DNA of 64,000 bases from Tubiluchus corallicola (taxonomy: Eukaryota > Animalia > Priapulida): contig JAQGDQ010000104.1 in the NCBI GenBank assembly GCA_030141605.1, forward strand, positions 1-64,000. The letters run 5' to 3'. The position numbers and the translations under genes were made by a program. Of the stretch, positions 10,690 through 23,128 are shown in pieces. How positions within the stretch are numbered: position 1 is the stretch's first letter; every line of letters starts with the position of its first letter. The notes beneath the pieces are model-generated. The model saw only the letters and a program-made list of their open reading frames with translations, made no database searches and had not been told where the DNA came from.

Positions 10690-13600
10690 ATTAATAACTA
10701 AATTTTTACAAACCTGCAATGGAAAGCTGGCGAAAAGCAACCCAAAGGTAGCAAACGACCGAGAATAAGCAGAACTGTAACATCTTTGATTACCACACTT
10801 TACCGCCTCTTTACCACACTAAAGACGATATATAAAAGCTCTTCAGCAGCTTTAACTCTCACGACATTTTCCCTTTCTCGCAATCCTCCAGCAATTATCA
10901 CCGTCAGCTTGTCACGTGATGCAAGTCTCAGCTTCAGTCGTTAGATTTCTGAGTCGCACTCTTACATAGTAGATTATGCGCGACAAAGCAAGAAATTCTA
11001 TCCAAATGATTTGCATGCTATTGACACTGTGCTCCCCAAAGAGTTATTGTGACGTCGAGGTCTCATGATTCAGTAACGACGCAGGTGCTTTTGAGTTACG
11101 GGTTTCTCGATAATTGATGGTCATCAACCACACAAGCTAATTTTCATTGTCTCCAGGGGGAACGAACACTCAACTCTCACCGCCATCATTGCTTTTTATT
11201 TCAATAATAATTACGAAGTTGTACGTATTTTGTACCTGCGCACTTCCTAAAAATACGAGAATAGACTCAAACTTGATACCGCGTCAGTGTCTCTTTGGTC
11301 TTTGATTGTCCAAAAATACAGTTTTTATGTGACCACTGCTTGTTTTGATATAGATAACAATGTGTTGTGACTATTATACGCGAACACACCTTCACATTAC
11401 ACACTTAGTTATATCATACAGCATAATATTTCCGTTAATCTATTGTCGGTGTCGGTTCGTGTTTACATGCGCCTTTTCACATTATGCGCATAATTAAATA
11501 TTAACAGAGCGAAGAGCAATCTCTGTTAACCGAATATCCTCTGTTTGAACGCACGCCTGGTTTGTCCGCTGGCTTCACACAAGACTGTGATGCTGGCAAT
11601 TAGTTGAAAAGTCAAACGATGCAGATGCTTCGATAGCTTGGCTTCTAACTCACTGCTCAACATGTGTTGAAGCACAGTAATTACTGAACAAGCAGCCCAT
11701 TGCTTTTCTCCCCCAACTCGTGCTCTTTGTGTGTCATGCATTGTCTGATCCACAACCAATCACACAAACCACAACTTGCGTACAAGGCGTCTTAGGTGCT
11801 ACGTCAAACATACAGAATATAATACACGTACATACATATGCAATACCTAGCGGCATAACGGTCCATTTATAATGAATATACTTTTCTACTGACTAGAGAG
11901 TATCACAAAGGAGGGAGCTCACAGGGCAATCGAATCTCCTGTGACATTTTCCAGAGTTTTCTTATTACTCTCCCGTATGTCTGATTATTTATTTATTGAT
12001 TTTATGGTAAAATTGTACAGAAGTAACTGAATAAAAAATAAATAAAAGTGTTTATTAGTGATCGTAGATGGACATCAGTGGATGTAAGAATTGTTTACCT
12101 ATCTGTTTTGTGCAATAAATAAATAGATATCACACACGTGGCTATGATTATTTTTGATCGTTTACGCATAGCGAGGCGAGTGAGACAAAAAGCGCAATTT
12201 CTGGAAGGTGATGCTGAAAAACCTGTTTTAACGACAGTTCATCAAATCATCAGGTGTCATTTCTCCTGTTCTCTCTCGTCCTTCTTTTTTTCCTTTGAAT
12301 GCAAATTTGAATTTGAATTCTAAATTTGAGTAAAGGTGTTAATTTATTTGACGTTTACTCATTCCGTTCTAAATGTTTGTATAGGTATTTTATAGGATGT
12401 TTCCTGCGAAGCATTCGTAGTGTTTTAGCTGCACAAACTATATTCCAAGTGACTACTTGTGGTGCACTAGGGGTGAAGTCCATTCACAGCATCAATGCCA
12501 GTTACACATTAGGTGTGCAAGCATTTCACATTGACGGTGCTTGGTGGAGCAGTGTTGATGTATGAGCACCTTGCCGAATAAAATAAAATATATGAGTAGT
12601 GGGTGTCAAACCGGGAAGTCCCGAACTTATGGTACTTTTTCAATGGCATTTTCTGACACATTAACATTTACTAGAACATCCACCCGCTCCTATCTGTAGC
12701 TAGCAGCGTAAGTTCTTCTTCTCCTAATGTTAGATTTGTTTGAAATTGTAGAACATCTTTATGATATTGGACTATTAAAATGAATACTTAGGTCAACCAT
12801 TAAGAGACATTCAAGAGGGGTGGGGTAGACAGCTACAGTCATTGTCCAATAATTGTTAACCCAAAAAAACTCTCATTATAATATAGCACATATAATCATC
12901 GAAATTTACTATTTTCAAGTTGCTCCTCATTCGTCTTATAGGAATTTAGATTCGACCCGTTGAGCCATGACGTCATATTTTGACAAAAGGACAGAAGGTA
13001 GAAAGAGCGTCACTGAAAGCAGATTTAGCGTAGTCTAAAAAACGCCAGGAGTCAGAAATCAAAGCGTTTCCTCACTTATAAACGCAAATAATTTTTCTGA
13101 GGTTAAAAGAGATATTTGCCACCTGGCACTCCAAATACTTCGAGTACGAAACCAATCTTTAGCCGTCAACCAATTTGTTGATTTGTGGCGCCATCTAACG
13201 TTGCATTGGCTAGTTATTCACGCGTAACTTTTTAATTCAAAAAGCTTAATTATTTTTATTTTTTTAGTAAAAATTCATATTTTGAAATTTTATTTTATAT
13301 TCCTTAAGTGAGACTTAAACAGTGTAGGTTATTTCAAAAGAGATTGAAAATTTTAAGTTATTGTACATAAAAATTAATTTTTTACAGGTTATTTATTTGC
13401 CAACGATTGTCATTTACACAAACAATTATCTGTACTAGTTTTCAACCAATTAATGCAAAATATAATAAAAACTGGTTTATTTTAATAAGCTACAGTAGTA
13501 CGGTCTTCAAGTGAAATAGGCCTTTGCGTGCGTAAGCACACTTATTGCGTGCGCATGTACAGTAACCAAGGTGTACGATGTAGGCATGGTCACCCACACT

Positions 13601-14744
13601 GTTTTCTACCTGATAGGACTACTCTGAACTGCTTCAGATTGAGCTTCCAACTTCTTATAGTTTTATTTAAAGTCATCAGATGAAATACTCTGCGGAATAG
13701 ATAATTAAACTAACTGAAGTATTCCAAAGCTGTAATTGCACATTCTTTACACAATGTAAATTGTGTACTTAACTAGTATAAACTTGCATCAACTGCTAAT
13801 GTTTAATGTTACACCTACTGCTAAACGACACATTAAGTTGCATGAGTAGTACCTACATAAAATATCTTTAATTTCTGTAGAGTAGAAATGGTTCAAGGCG
13901 CTAAAGTTTTATTGGCAATTAACATTTTTCCTGTTTTCGCTCCTGTGATTTTGGTCATTGGCCAACTGACGCAATTCATCCCACTTTCACATTTCCTGTT
14001 TTTGTATTGCGAACCACCGCGCAGCAAAATCCAAAACATAAAGGTACTTGCGATCCAGTTTTTTATTTGTATGCATGCCGGAAATCACGTAAAAATAGGA
14101 CCTACTTCCCCCACTGTGTTTGTTGTGTGACCGGAGGACCATCTGAGGCTCAAGTCGCGAACAGTTCAAGGCGAACAAACTCAAAACCAACCGAAAAACA
14201 AAAATATTGTATATGTTGTTTACAATATATTGCAAATATTGTTTACGCGTTTTTTTGTATATCATATTAAATTCGTTGCAAAGCATAAAGACAAATTTGT
14301 AAAATAAAGCAATTAGCACGTTTTACACCTGAGGTTAAATAGTGATGGCACGTGGAAAATAGGCTTAAACGCTTAAATCACTCTGATGTCTCTATAATTT
14401 TATTAAAGGCACACAGACGTTCATTTTAATCATCAGTCATATTGATACCCAGTATTAACAACTGTATTTGTTAATTATAATGAGTGTGCGTATACCCTTC
14501 AGAAGCTTTGACAATCGACAAGCAAATAATTTCTAATTACATTATAAAATATTCCAAACAGTTTCTAGAAATGCCACAAACTATTGAAACAGCAAACAGC
14601 TAAATTTAAAATCATCAAAACTACGGAAAGTCAGTAACTTCTTTCGAATTTAAGCAGTTATGTAAAATTCATTCAAGTTGAAATTCATCGAACAGATCGT
14701 CATTGGTTTTTACAAACTGCTATTCGTAAGATTACATCTGACAT

Positions 14745-14882
14745 TTAGGAGAATTCTTCGTCATCGAACATGTATTCACCAAGTCCTGGACCACAACGCT
14801 TCAGTCTGGTAATCTTGTCAGCCAGATCCTTGATGGTTTCAACTTGCTCATCCAAGAATTCATCCTCGATGTGGTTAGTCAA
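14745..14882 (-). CDS. FTH1: Ferritin (H-type/soma ferritin) exon 4
   Basis: Acceptor ttttgtag, then LTNHIEDEFLDEQVETIKDLADKITRLKRCGPGLGEYMFDDEEFS and TAA stop. Not in the ORF track. Confidence 0.95.
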   Translation of the reverse strand: MTNHIEDEFLDEQVETIKDLADKITRLKRCGPGLGEYMFDDEEFS

Positions 14883-15199
14883 CTACAAAAAGAATAACTG
14901 ATATTAGCGTTGTAGATTAGGAACATTTTCTTCAAGAAGTAAAGATGAAACTACATTGTTGACAGTGAAAGAAGAATATGGTGCTCTGAATTTCCACTGA
15001 TCTTTAGTTGGTGACTGAAGCATCTCATGCCAAGCTGGTTTTCGAATTACTTCCGCATAATAGCGTTTCTATTGTCGCCATAGCAATGGGGTTGCAGGCA
15101 AAAAATGAAGGAAACGAATGTGCCCTTTTGATTTATGTAAGAACTTGTTGAAATTAGAAAAAAGTTTAAAAAGAAAATTAGAAGTCGAAGTGTATAGTG

Positions 15200-15592
15200 A
15201 CTTTTGAGACACCAAAGAGATGAAGATCTTCGTTTGCGCTTATCTGCGCCTTCGTCCGTATAACAACATCAAGACAGGTGGAATTATAATCACCAAACTT
15301 GGCAAAGGCAAAAGTTTGGAAAAGGCCTGGAAATTCGTTGCTTTTTGGTTTAATAGCTCAAAGGCCAAATTCTCAAGGTCAAAAAAGCATGTCTCTGGGT
15401 TTGTCCACCCAATAAGATCAAAAGGTTGAAGTTATAATCATCGAACGTGGCACTGGAATATGTCCAAAGCCTGGAAGTCGATTGCTTTTTTGGGGGGGGG
15501 AGGGGGTTCAATGGCTCAAACGTCAAGGTCACGAGACTAAAAATGTTAAAATAAGTTTTTGCCCTGTGAGGGCGTTGGACTACATCTTTAGT
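15200..15592 (+). mobile_element. Helentron/HINE-like non-autonomous repeat in ferritin intron 3
   Basis: Two diverged ~150-bp internal repeats (TTATAATCACCAAACTTGGCA...GCCTGGAA...GCTCAAA...CAAGGTCA), a 3' hairpin GCCCTGTGAGGGC at 15561-15573, and weak subterminal inverted repeats. Confidence 0.5.
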
Positions 15593-16166
15593 AAATATCA
15601 TTTAGTTTGTTTACTAGTGTAGTTAGGTTGTCGACTGTCATGTTTGTTCTTCTCGCGGAATGTTATTATCTACGGCCGAAACAAAAACACGTAAATGCAT
15701 CACTAACAGCATCAATGTAACTACAATATGCATAACGACACCTATATATTGGAAGGTGCTGCCCTCTACGAGTGAGGAGGAAAGGACAGGAGGAGAACAA
15801 TGATGGTCACGTTTTTATTCACAGCAATGTTTTTGTCGTTATTGTGTTACAGTTAATAACATCGTTTAGTTATAACCAAATTTTGTACCTTGAGAAATTT
15901 TAAATCTTGACGAAGAGCCAACGATGTAAGTTACATGAATTTAAATAATTTAATTAAGTTATGAATTCAATCTCTGAAATTTGAGAAAGTACTTCGCCAA
16001 TAAGTTGACTTCTTTGTAATTACTAAGCTTCTGTTTATCATTTCATTCATTTTCTTACTTGTTAATGTTCTCTTTATTATTCTCTACAGAATAAACGACT
16101 TTGGAACATGAATCAAATAGTGAAGGCTTTCTGTACATGACATTCAACTTTCGGAAATTTACTTAC

Positions 16167-16292
16167 ATGCGGATCAACGTGTTTGCTGGCAAGTTTATGC
16201 ATGTCCAGTAAAGCTTGGTTCACATTTTTCTCCAGCTGTAGGGCAGCCTCCAGTGCCTCTAGCAGTGTTCCCCAAGAATCTTTCTCTGGTTT
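16167..16292 (-). CDS. FTH1: Ferritin exon 3
   Basis: tatttcag|[42 protein letters not shown]|gtaagt; 126 bp, phase 0. Confidence 0.95.
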
Positions 16293-16497
16293 CTGAAATA
16301 AAATAATATTTTCAGTGCATGAAAAACTGGAGAAAGACTAGAATCTTTATTTCGTTTAGGTTGCTTTCGAAATTATACGCTGTCCAAGTTATTAGTTATC
16401 AAATTTAACTTCCAGTCAACATTTACTGGCGACTGGGTCGCATTAGGCCTAAATTGTATAGCCTTTTATAATACTATTAAAATTATAGACCTATAAT

Positions 16498-17139
16498 GGT
16501 GCGCGGTAAGTTTGCTACTAGTAAGTTTGGTATAGGTAAGGTAAGTTTTACACTGGTAATTTTGGTACGAGGAAATTTTGATGCCGGGAAAATAGGTACA
16601 AGGAATTTTTGGTGCGCGGTAATTTTGGTACTGGGAAAATTTGCTACAGAGAAAATATGGTACTGGTAAATACAGTACTAACGAAGTTTTGTCAGGCATT
16701 TTTGGTACGTGTAAATATAGTACAAGGTAAAAATGGTGCGGAACAAGTTTGGTGCTAGCAAAAATCGGTACAGAGAAAGTTTGGTACTATGAAAATATAT
16801 TTTATATAACGTATTTAAACAAGTTATAGAGGCTCATATTGTTGCATATTTTCTTGTTGTTTCCTCTTTGTTTATTTGTCTGTTGTTTGTTATTTGTCAT
16901 TGTTGTTGTTGTTTGTCGGTTTCTTGCTCGCTCTTTTGTTGTGATTACCACCACCACCACCAACACCACCAACACCACCAACACCACCACCAGTACGAAA
17001 ACTTCCTTGTACCAATATCTTTCAGTACTAAACATTCCCCGTACCATATTTTCCTAATACCAAAAATGCCTTGTACCTTAAGTTGATAGTACCACATTTA
17101 CCTCTACCAAACTTACTTGTACCAAACTTTCCTACATTC
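16498..17139. mobile_element. Foldback/Mutator-like element with long TIRs built of ~15-16-bp subrepeats, in ferritin intron 2
   Basis: Left arm 16498-~16800 of degenerate AGGAAATTTTGGTAC units; right arm ~16990-17139 is the reverse complement in the same terminal register. Degenerate 9-bp TSD ACCTATAAT (16489-16497) / GCCTATTAT (17140-17148); microsatellite centre. Confidence 0.65.
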
Positions 17140-17730
17140 GCCTATTATTATAATGATGTTAATGTTAATTTAACATTTCAATAAGAGCTAGTTTTCTTAC
17201 ACTCGCTGAAAAAAACGCATAAAATGCACTTCAAAAATGGATTTATTTTTTGTTTTTGTCTGTGTTTTTTTTGCAAAGTCATTGTTTTCACCAATATTCT
17301 TGTCTGATAGCAGGTGATACAGGAGTAAAATTAAGCAGATTCCGTTTGCCATTAATGATTTGTGAAATAAGAATACATAATAAAAAAATGATTACTGGTC
17401 TTGTTTTGTACCTCTATAGCTGAAGCATGATTTTTCGGTATTGACATTTCATTATAGAGGAAGAAGGACCTATACCAGAGTACAAGAGAAAAGTCTGCGT
17501 TATAAACTGTGATTTATAAAACGATAATAATTAGATTTTGAAAACATTAGGTATGAGGGAGTTTCTTCTACGCAGTCACACTTTGACATCCGGACAGAAA
17601 ATAGCTTCAGACAAAAGAAAATGAATAAGATACTTGATCAGTAGGCCTACTCTCATGTCAGAACATTCTACGCCTGGAATTTGTTTACGCTTAAATATAA
17701 GCAATAATTTAAAGATTATTAGTAACGAAC

Positions 17731-17877
17731 CTGAATATCTTGCAAAACAATAGTTCCTCCTCGCTTGTTCTGATACTTCATCAATTTCTCAGCATGTTCA
17801 CGTTCCTCATCGCTTGCTTTCTTGAAGAATTTGTGTGCGCCAGGAAATGCTACATTCTCCCGATTAAAATATGATGC
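17731..17877 (-). CDS. FTH1: Ferritin exon 2
   Basis: ttacag|[49 protein letters not shown]|gttcgt; 147 bp; carries the ferroxidase EEREH motif. Confidence 0.96.
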
Positions 17878-17904
17878 CTGTAATGATAAATTTGAAATGA
17901 TATC

Positions 17905-18055
17905 AATAATAATGAAAATGATGATAATAATAATGATGGTGTTGGTGATTATGATGATGATGGTGATGATTATGATGATGATGGTGATAATGATGATGGT
18001 GATGATGGTGATCATTATGATGATGATGGTGATGATGATGATGGTGATGTTAGTT

Positions 18056-18088
<33 letters not shown>

Positions 18089-18114
18089 ATGACGACGATG
18101 ATGATTATGATTAT

Positions 18115-18191
<77 letters not shown>

Positions 18192-18192
18192 C
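17905..18192. repeat. (ATG)n/(ACG)n compound microsatellite in ferritin intron 1
   Basis: Direct reading; source of the poly-Ile and poly-Met pseudo-ORFs. Confidence 0.95.
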
Positions 18193-18664
18193 AGTAATTA
18201 TGGTATATTGTAATGACGCCATTAAAGATGAAACTGAAGCAATTTCAATTTATTTCGATGATGAAAGTTGAAATGGCCAAAGACATTAGGAAATGCAACA
18301 ACTTGAAGTGTTACGGTTTCACATTAAAAAAAACTATTGTTTGTCAACAGTCAAGTCTTACGTAAGTTAACTTTGTAATTAATTTTACACTTTGGTGTAA
18401 AAACGTGGGTGTAATTAATTTTTATTAGTAATGAGTTTAGTAATAATATTCAGTAACAATACACATCGATAATTGACTAGCAGATTTTGTCAAATTGGTT
18501 TCAGAAAAGCATCCCATAATTGTTTTTTTGTTATGATTAAATATTTTAAACATTAATAAAAAATAATAATAATTTTATGTTAATCTTAAATCATTTGAGT
18601 GATAATAATTTAAATATAAGAAAAAAACTTATTGTGTTTAAATTATGTGAATACTGGAACTTAC

Positions 18665-18763
18665 CATGCTTTGGTAGACATAGCAGGCATACAGCTCTAA
18701 GTTTATTTGCTTGTTGATTGCAGCTTCACAATCTTGGTGGTAATTCTGACGTATCTGAGACAT
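18665..18763 (-). CDS. FTH1: Ferritin exon 1 (start); joined CDS gives 169 aa
   Basis: [33 protein letters not shown]|gtaagt. Four exons with three phase-0 GT-AG introns, as in vertebrate cytosolic ferritins; no signal peptide. Confidence 0.96.
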
Positions 18764-18845
18764 AATTTCCTTTTGTTTGTTTTCAATCTTCTTGAGCGTA
18801 TGATACAAAAAATTAAAATAATACAAGTTAGAAAATCAGAGATTC

Positions 18846-18872
18846 GTTCGTTCACACACTGATGAAGCGAAC
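18846..18872 (-). promoter_or_regulatory. Iron-responsive element (IRE) in the ferritin 5' UTR
   Basis: Minus strand GUUCG-C-UUCAU-CAGUGU-GUGAA-CGAAC: CAGUGN loop, 5-bp upper stem, unpaired C, lower stem. Confidence 0.93.
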
Positions 18873-18916
18873 AAGATCCTTGACCAAATCTGTTTGTGCA
18901 AAATTGCGCAGCTTAC

Positions 18917-18923
18917 TTATATA
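18917..18923 (-). promoter_or_regulatory. TATA box of ferritin
   Basis: TATATAA on the minus strand ~45 bp upstream of the IRE, implying a TSS near 18890. Confidence 0.7.
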
Positions 18924-19660
18924 GGTCTGCTAGGTCTGCATGATTATTATGCGAAAGTTTGGCATTCGGAAAATCAGAAACAAACTTTAGTGTGTCAATT
19001 TTATATAGGTCTCGTGTGTAATAAATACTAAGTTGTTCACTTTGTTAACTAGATTAAAGGAAAGTACCACAACAATATTAAAATCAAATGGTCTACACAG
19101 ACAATTACGATTATGCATGACTAACTCTACTATTAATTTTTACACCACACTGACAAACTAGCGGGAGCTGGTAGACATAAGTTTTATTTCTAAATGGACT
19201 GTTTTTGTGTAAAAGTATGATGATACTCAGTCATTTGGTAAAGTCTATAATTGTTTCCTTATTCAGCTTTTTATAATGTCTAAATTGTGTGCCATTTTGT
19301 TTTAATCAGTAAACTTAATTGTAATTCTAAGTATGGGGCATCAAGAGGCCTGCAAGTTTATAGTTGTGCACAGAATTTTTTTCTTTTACCTAGTTGCTAG
19401 TCAATAATTTCTATTTTGTGTTCTTTATAAGTGCATTCACCTAAACTGTAGCATTGTAGTGTATTTGTGATTGTAGAGTAATTGCTTTGTATTTTTAACT
19501 GGATGCCAACTGTGTTTTTATGTGAGAAATAAAATAAAACTAAATAACTACTGTTGGGTCTATAACTGGTGTCTACTATTGGTTTCACACTATAAGTAAC
19601 ATGCGACTTTTTAACAAAAGTTGCTGGACCTTCTTATGCGATGTTAGTACCGTGTCATTA

Positions 19661-20160
19661 CGGTACTACGGCCAAATCACGTTGAAAACACCGGTTTTCG
19701 TCTGATCACCGAAGTCAAGCAACGCAGAGCCTGGTTAGTGCTTGGATGGGTGACCGCCTAGAAATACCAGGTGCTGTAGGCTTGCGGGATGCCCACACTA
19801 TCTCGACACTAGGCGGAGGAGTTGCACAAGCAGCCAACGGCTAGAGGGCGGAGGAGGTCAAGTGACTCAACGGCCATGTGTAGAGGAGTAAACCTTCCAA
19901 ATCAGGAGTGGAGCGCCGAAGGCGGACCAGTGCAGCATGCTCACTGACTCCGGCAGCTCCTGCAGCCAACCTGTTGCCAGGGGGTTCCTGTTGTCTGGGC
20001 AACTCAGGATCTCCATACACCTTGCCCAGGCGTGTGCCCTGGAGACGTTCAAGGATAGCATTGCTCAGCCACAGTCGACGCTGCAGCTCCATCAATGTGA
20101 TCAATAACTGACAAATTTGGCGCACACTCCATTGTCTTCCGAAACAGAAGGATGCCAACA
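19661..20160 (+). mobile_element. 5S rRNA-derived SINE (SINE3-type), 500 bp, with 12-bp TSD
   Basis: TSD ACCGTGTCATTA at 19649-19660 and 20161-20172; full-length 5S-like head 19664-19783; GC-rich body; tail ending GGATGCCAACA. Confidence 0.85.
19664..19783 (+). rRNA. 5S rRNA-like sequence (head of the SINE; probably not a functional 5S gene)
   Basis: 120 nt, CTACGGCC...TTGAAAACACCGG...GATCACCGAAGTCAAGC...GGATGGGTGACCGCC...ATACCAGGTGCTGTAGGCTT. Single copy, several departures from the usual metazoan 5S sequence, no oligo-T terminator after position 120. Confidence 0.85.
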
Positions 20161-21759
20161 ACCGTGTCATTAACAATCATTATTTTATGTTACATTACGT
20201 CTTGCAGACCGTATTTTATTGTGTTTGTTATATTACCTTTATTATGTTAAGTTCTACCGTCACACACGACGGTATGTACAACAGTTTACTCTGTTTCTGC
20301 TTCTGTTTCTACATATTTGCTTGCTTTGTAGTTACATATATAAAGAAGGTTACTTCGCCATGATGCAGATCACGTTCAGTCAATAAGTTCTTAGCAAGTT
20401 TTTATATTGCACTATCACTATTCTAAATTTCCAGGATAGACGGATACATGGCAACTTTAAACGGCGTTCGAATAGAAAGATTTATAGGAACTGACGGAAG
20501 GGCATCATACGAAATGTAGCACGCGAACTAAATCCATGCTTACAAATGTAAATTAGTAAGTTAGTAACTGTTAGTTAGTAAGCAAAACGTATATGCATGC
20601 ATGCGTGAACCAGTGCTTCACATTCCAAACTAGCTGTGCACTTTATAGGATATTAAATGTAGATAAAGAATTAATGATAGATAATGTAATTTGCAAAGCT
20701 TAAAAGCAGTGAACAGCCATTGAGCAATGGAGAAAACTGCATTTAGCATACAAAACGTGGAGGTCTGACTAAAACTGCGTACGTGAGTAACTCGAGGCCT
20801 TGATGCAGAATCTGGGTTATTGTATTCAGCAGTTTTATCTGAGGTCATTTACATTCTGAATTAAAATTGTACTAAGTTAGTTACAAACTATGTCACGTAT
20901 TCAAAAATGCGCGGAAATTAGGTTATAATATACAGCTGGAAAGAAAGAGTTCATTGCACTTAACTCAACTGCTTTTATTTTAAACACTTAGACTGGAATG
21001 GAAGTTAAATCAATCGAAAACTGCGCATCTCACAGGAAACTTAGCTAACATCGTTTTATTACCTTTTACACTTAATAATTTTATTCTAACTGTAACATGT
21101 CCAATTGGGCTACATTTAATTTAAATCTAATTTATTGCAATTGATTGTTCATTATTTAAAAATAACTGCTTTTGCTAGGCGACTAGATAGCTTGCTCCTT
21201 TGTCCTGCACGCGATATTGTCTATTAAATGTAAACTGTGACACAAATCTGTGAAATGTATTCATTTCTGCAGGTAACTAAGTTTGACATGCTTTGTCAAA
21301 TAAATATTGTTATATAATCTGATTTTTTGTCCTATTCAGTTTAATATTGCTTAAAATGTCTGCCTAACTATAGAATCACTGACGCATTAAGATCCCCGAC
21401 TTTGATTAAATTGCAAATGCATAAATTTGATTAATAATACAGATCGGTGATCATCGAAAGTTTAGTTTACAATTAGAATTTGCATTAGAACCCAAGCGGG
21501 TTGTGTAATATAGTGAGCAGCAGATTTGACTTCTTTTAATTGTCTTTCTAAACAAATTGGTATTTGATCGCTGTCAGCTGCGTTTAAACAGCCAGTACAA
21601 ATGCTATAAAAAACCGTAGAAAAATAAATATTGAATAAAATGAAGATGATGAGTCTTTGCTTTCCAGGATTAAAGCTGCGTTTCTGCATAAATTGATACA
21701 AGGTTCAGCCTTTCTGAATGAATTAATTGAAGGTTCAAGAATTCTGCTTTTGTTTCTAG

Positions 21760-21835
21760 GGGCCTATTTACACGGTGCGCTTTTGACGCATCAGTCAGAC
21801 GCATGCAATCAAAAACGTACTGTGTAAATAGGTCT
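21760..21835. mobile_element. 76-bp hairpin MITE (PIF/Harbinger-like)
   Basis: 27-bp inverted arms GGGCCTATTTACACGGTGCGCTTTTGA / TCAAAAACGTACTGTGTAAATAGGTCT flanked by TAG and TAA. Confidence 0.6.
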
Positions 21836-22439
21836 TAACACATGTATCTACGCTTCGATGCCAATTATAAGCTGAGATGCTAATAAATTAGTAACAGCCT
21901 GTAATTTCTTGATGTTTTGGATAAGAGTTTGGATGAATGCTGTTACTTATAACTCTACAAATTAATTAATCCACAGATATTATCCTAGATATCAGTAAAT
22001 ACTCTGTCTTTCATCTCTTCTTTACACCAGAGTAATTATTAAAGTCATACTGCAATACTATTTTATGAGTAAAGATTTAGGTGTTGTTCACAGATTGCAC
22101 AAGTCTTACCTCTCCTTTATAAAATTACTAAAAAACCTGTATAGCTAAATGTTTGTCTTATCAGTATATATGAGAATTATATTATTTAGTATTATTGTCC
22201 AAGTCAGTAGATTTGTTCTTAATCAATAAGCCTAGAAATAATGAAGTTGGACTCAAATCAAAATGTATTTAACTCCTGTTGTTGATTAATAGCATTATTA
22301 ACCCAAAGTGTTTTAATCATTTCATAACAATTTTGACCTGTATTTCACATAAAATCTAAATGCAATTTTTAGTTTAATCAAGACTGACCTGTTTTTGTTG
22401 CCCGCTAATTAAACTACATGTGTATTCTTTTCTCTGGAT

Positions 22440-22720
22440 TATATAGAAAATGTTATAATTTTAAAAATTGCTAATGTTTCCTAAATTAAACTGATAACAT
22501 TACTGCCCACCAGTGTCTAAAAATCTTTTTATCTGTATTCGGTAAAGGATAGCAGACTAGGTGACTTTATAGTCTTTTCGCTATCCTTTCTCTAGTTCTA
22601 GATCTATCTATATATTTTAACCATTTTTCAAAACTTATTAGAGATTCTTTTATTAATCATATTTTATTGTAACACTATAAAGAGATAAATAAATTGAAAT
22701 TGAATTAAATTGAATTGAGT
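22440..22720 (+). mobile_element. Possible decayed 3' end of an L2/Crack-type LINE
   Basis: AATAAA followed by a (TTGAA)n-like tail at ~22690-22718; coding similarity is weak. Confidence 0.3.
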
Positions 22721-23032
22721 TTAATTACTTTGTGGCTCGAACAACGGTCACATTCGTAGTAAATAATGCGAAAAATCTTTTTTTCGGTGTTCGCAGGAGA
22801 CTTTCTCTCTTGTTATGTTGTTTGGCGTTTGATTACACAGTATTCGTGTGTGTATTTATGGCGATCCGCGAAAGGGAATGTTTGGATTAAAAGCACAAAT
22901 GATCGTTGAAGAGGAATGGTTGGTCTAAAAGCATGAATTTCAACTGCATAATCTACACTTGATAAAGTAAGAAATCACAAAAGAAGTATTTATAAACACT
23001 GCTAGATATCTTATTATCTTATTAATATTAAG

Positions 23033-23127
<95 letters not shown>
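23033..23127. repeat. (AAT)n microsatellite
   Basis: Direct reading. Confidence 0.97.

Positions 23128-23128
<1 letters not shown>

Noticed and set aside
17719-18271. Poly-Ile-ferritin fusion ORF and poly-Met ORF
   Set aside because: The (ATG)n intronic microsatellite happens to be in frame with ferritin exon 2; a proper exon 1 with splice sites exists.
19664-19783. Functional 5S rRNA gene
   Set aside because: Single copy, altered 5' end, no oligo-T terminator, and embedded in a TSD-bounded 500-bp unit; better explained as a SINE head.
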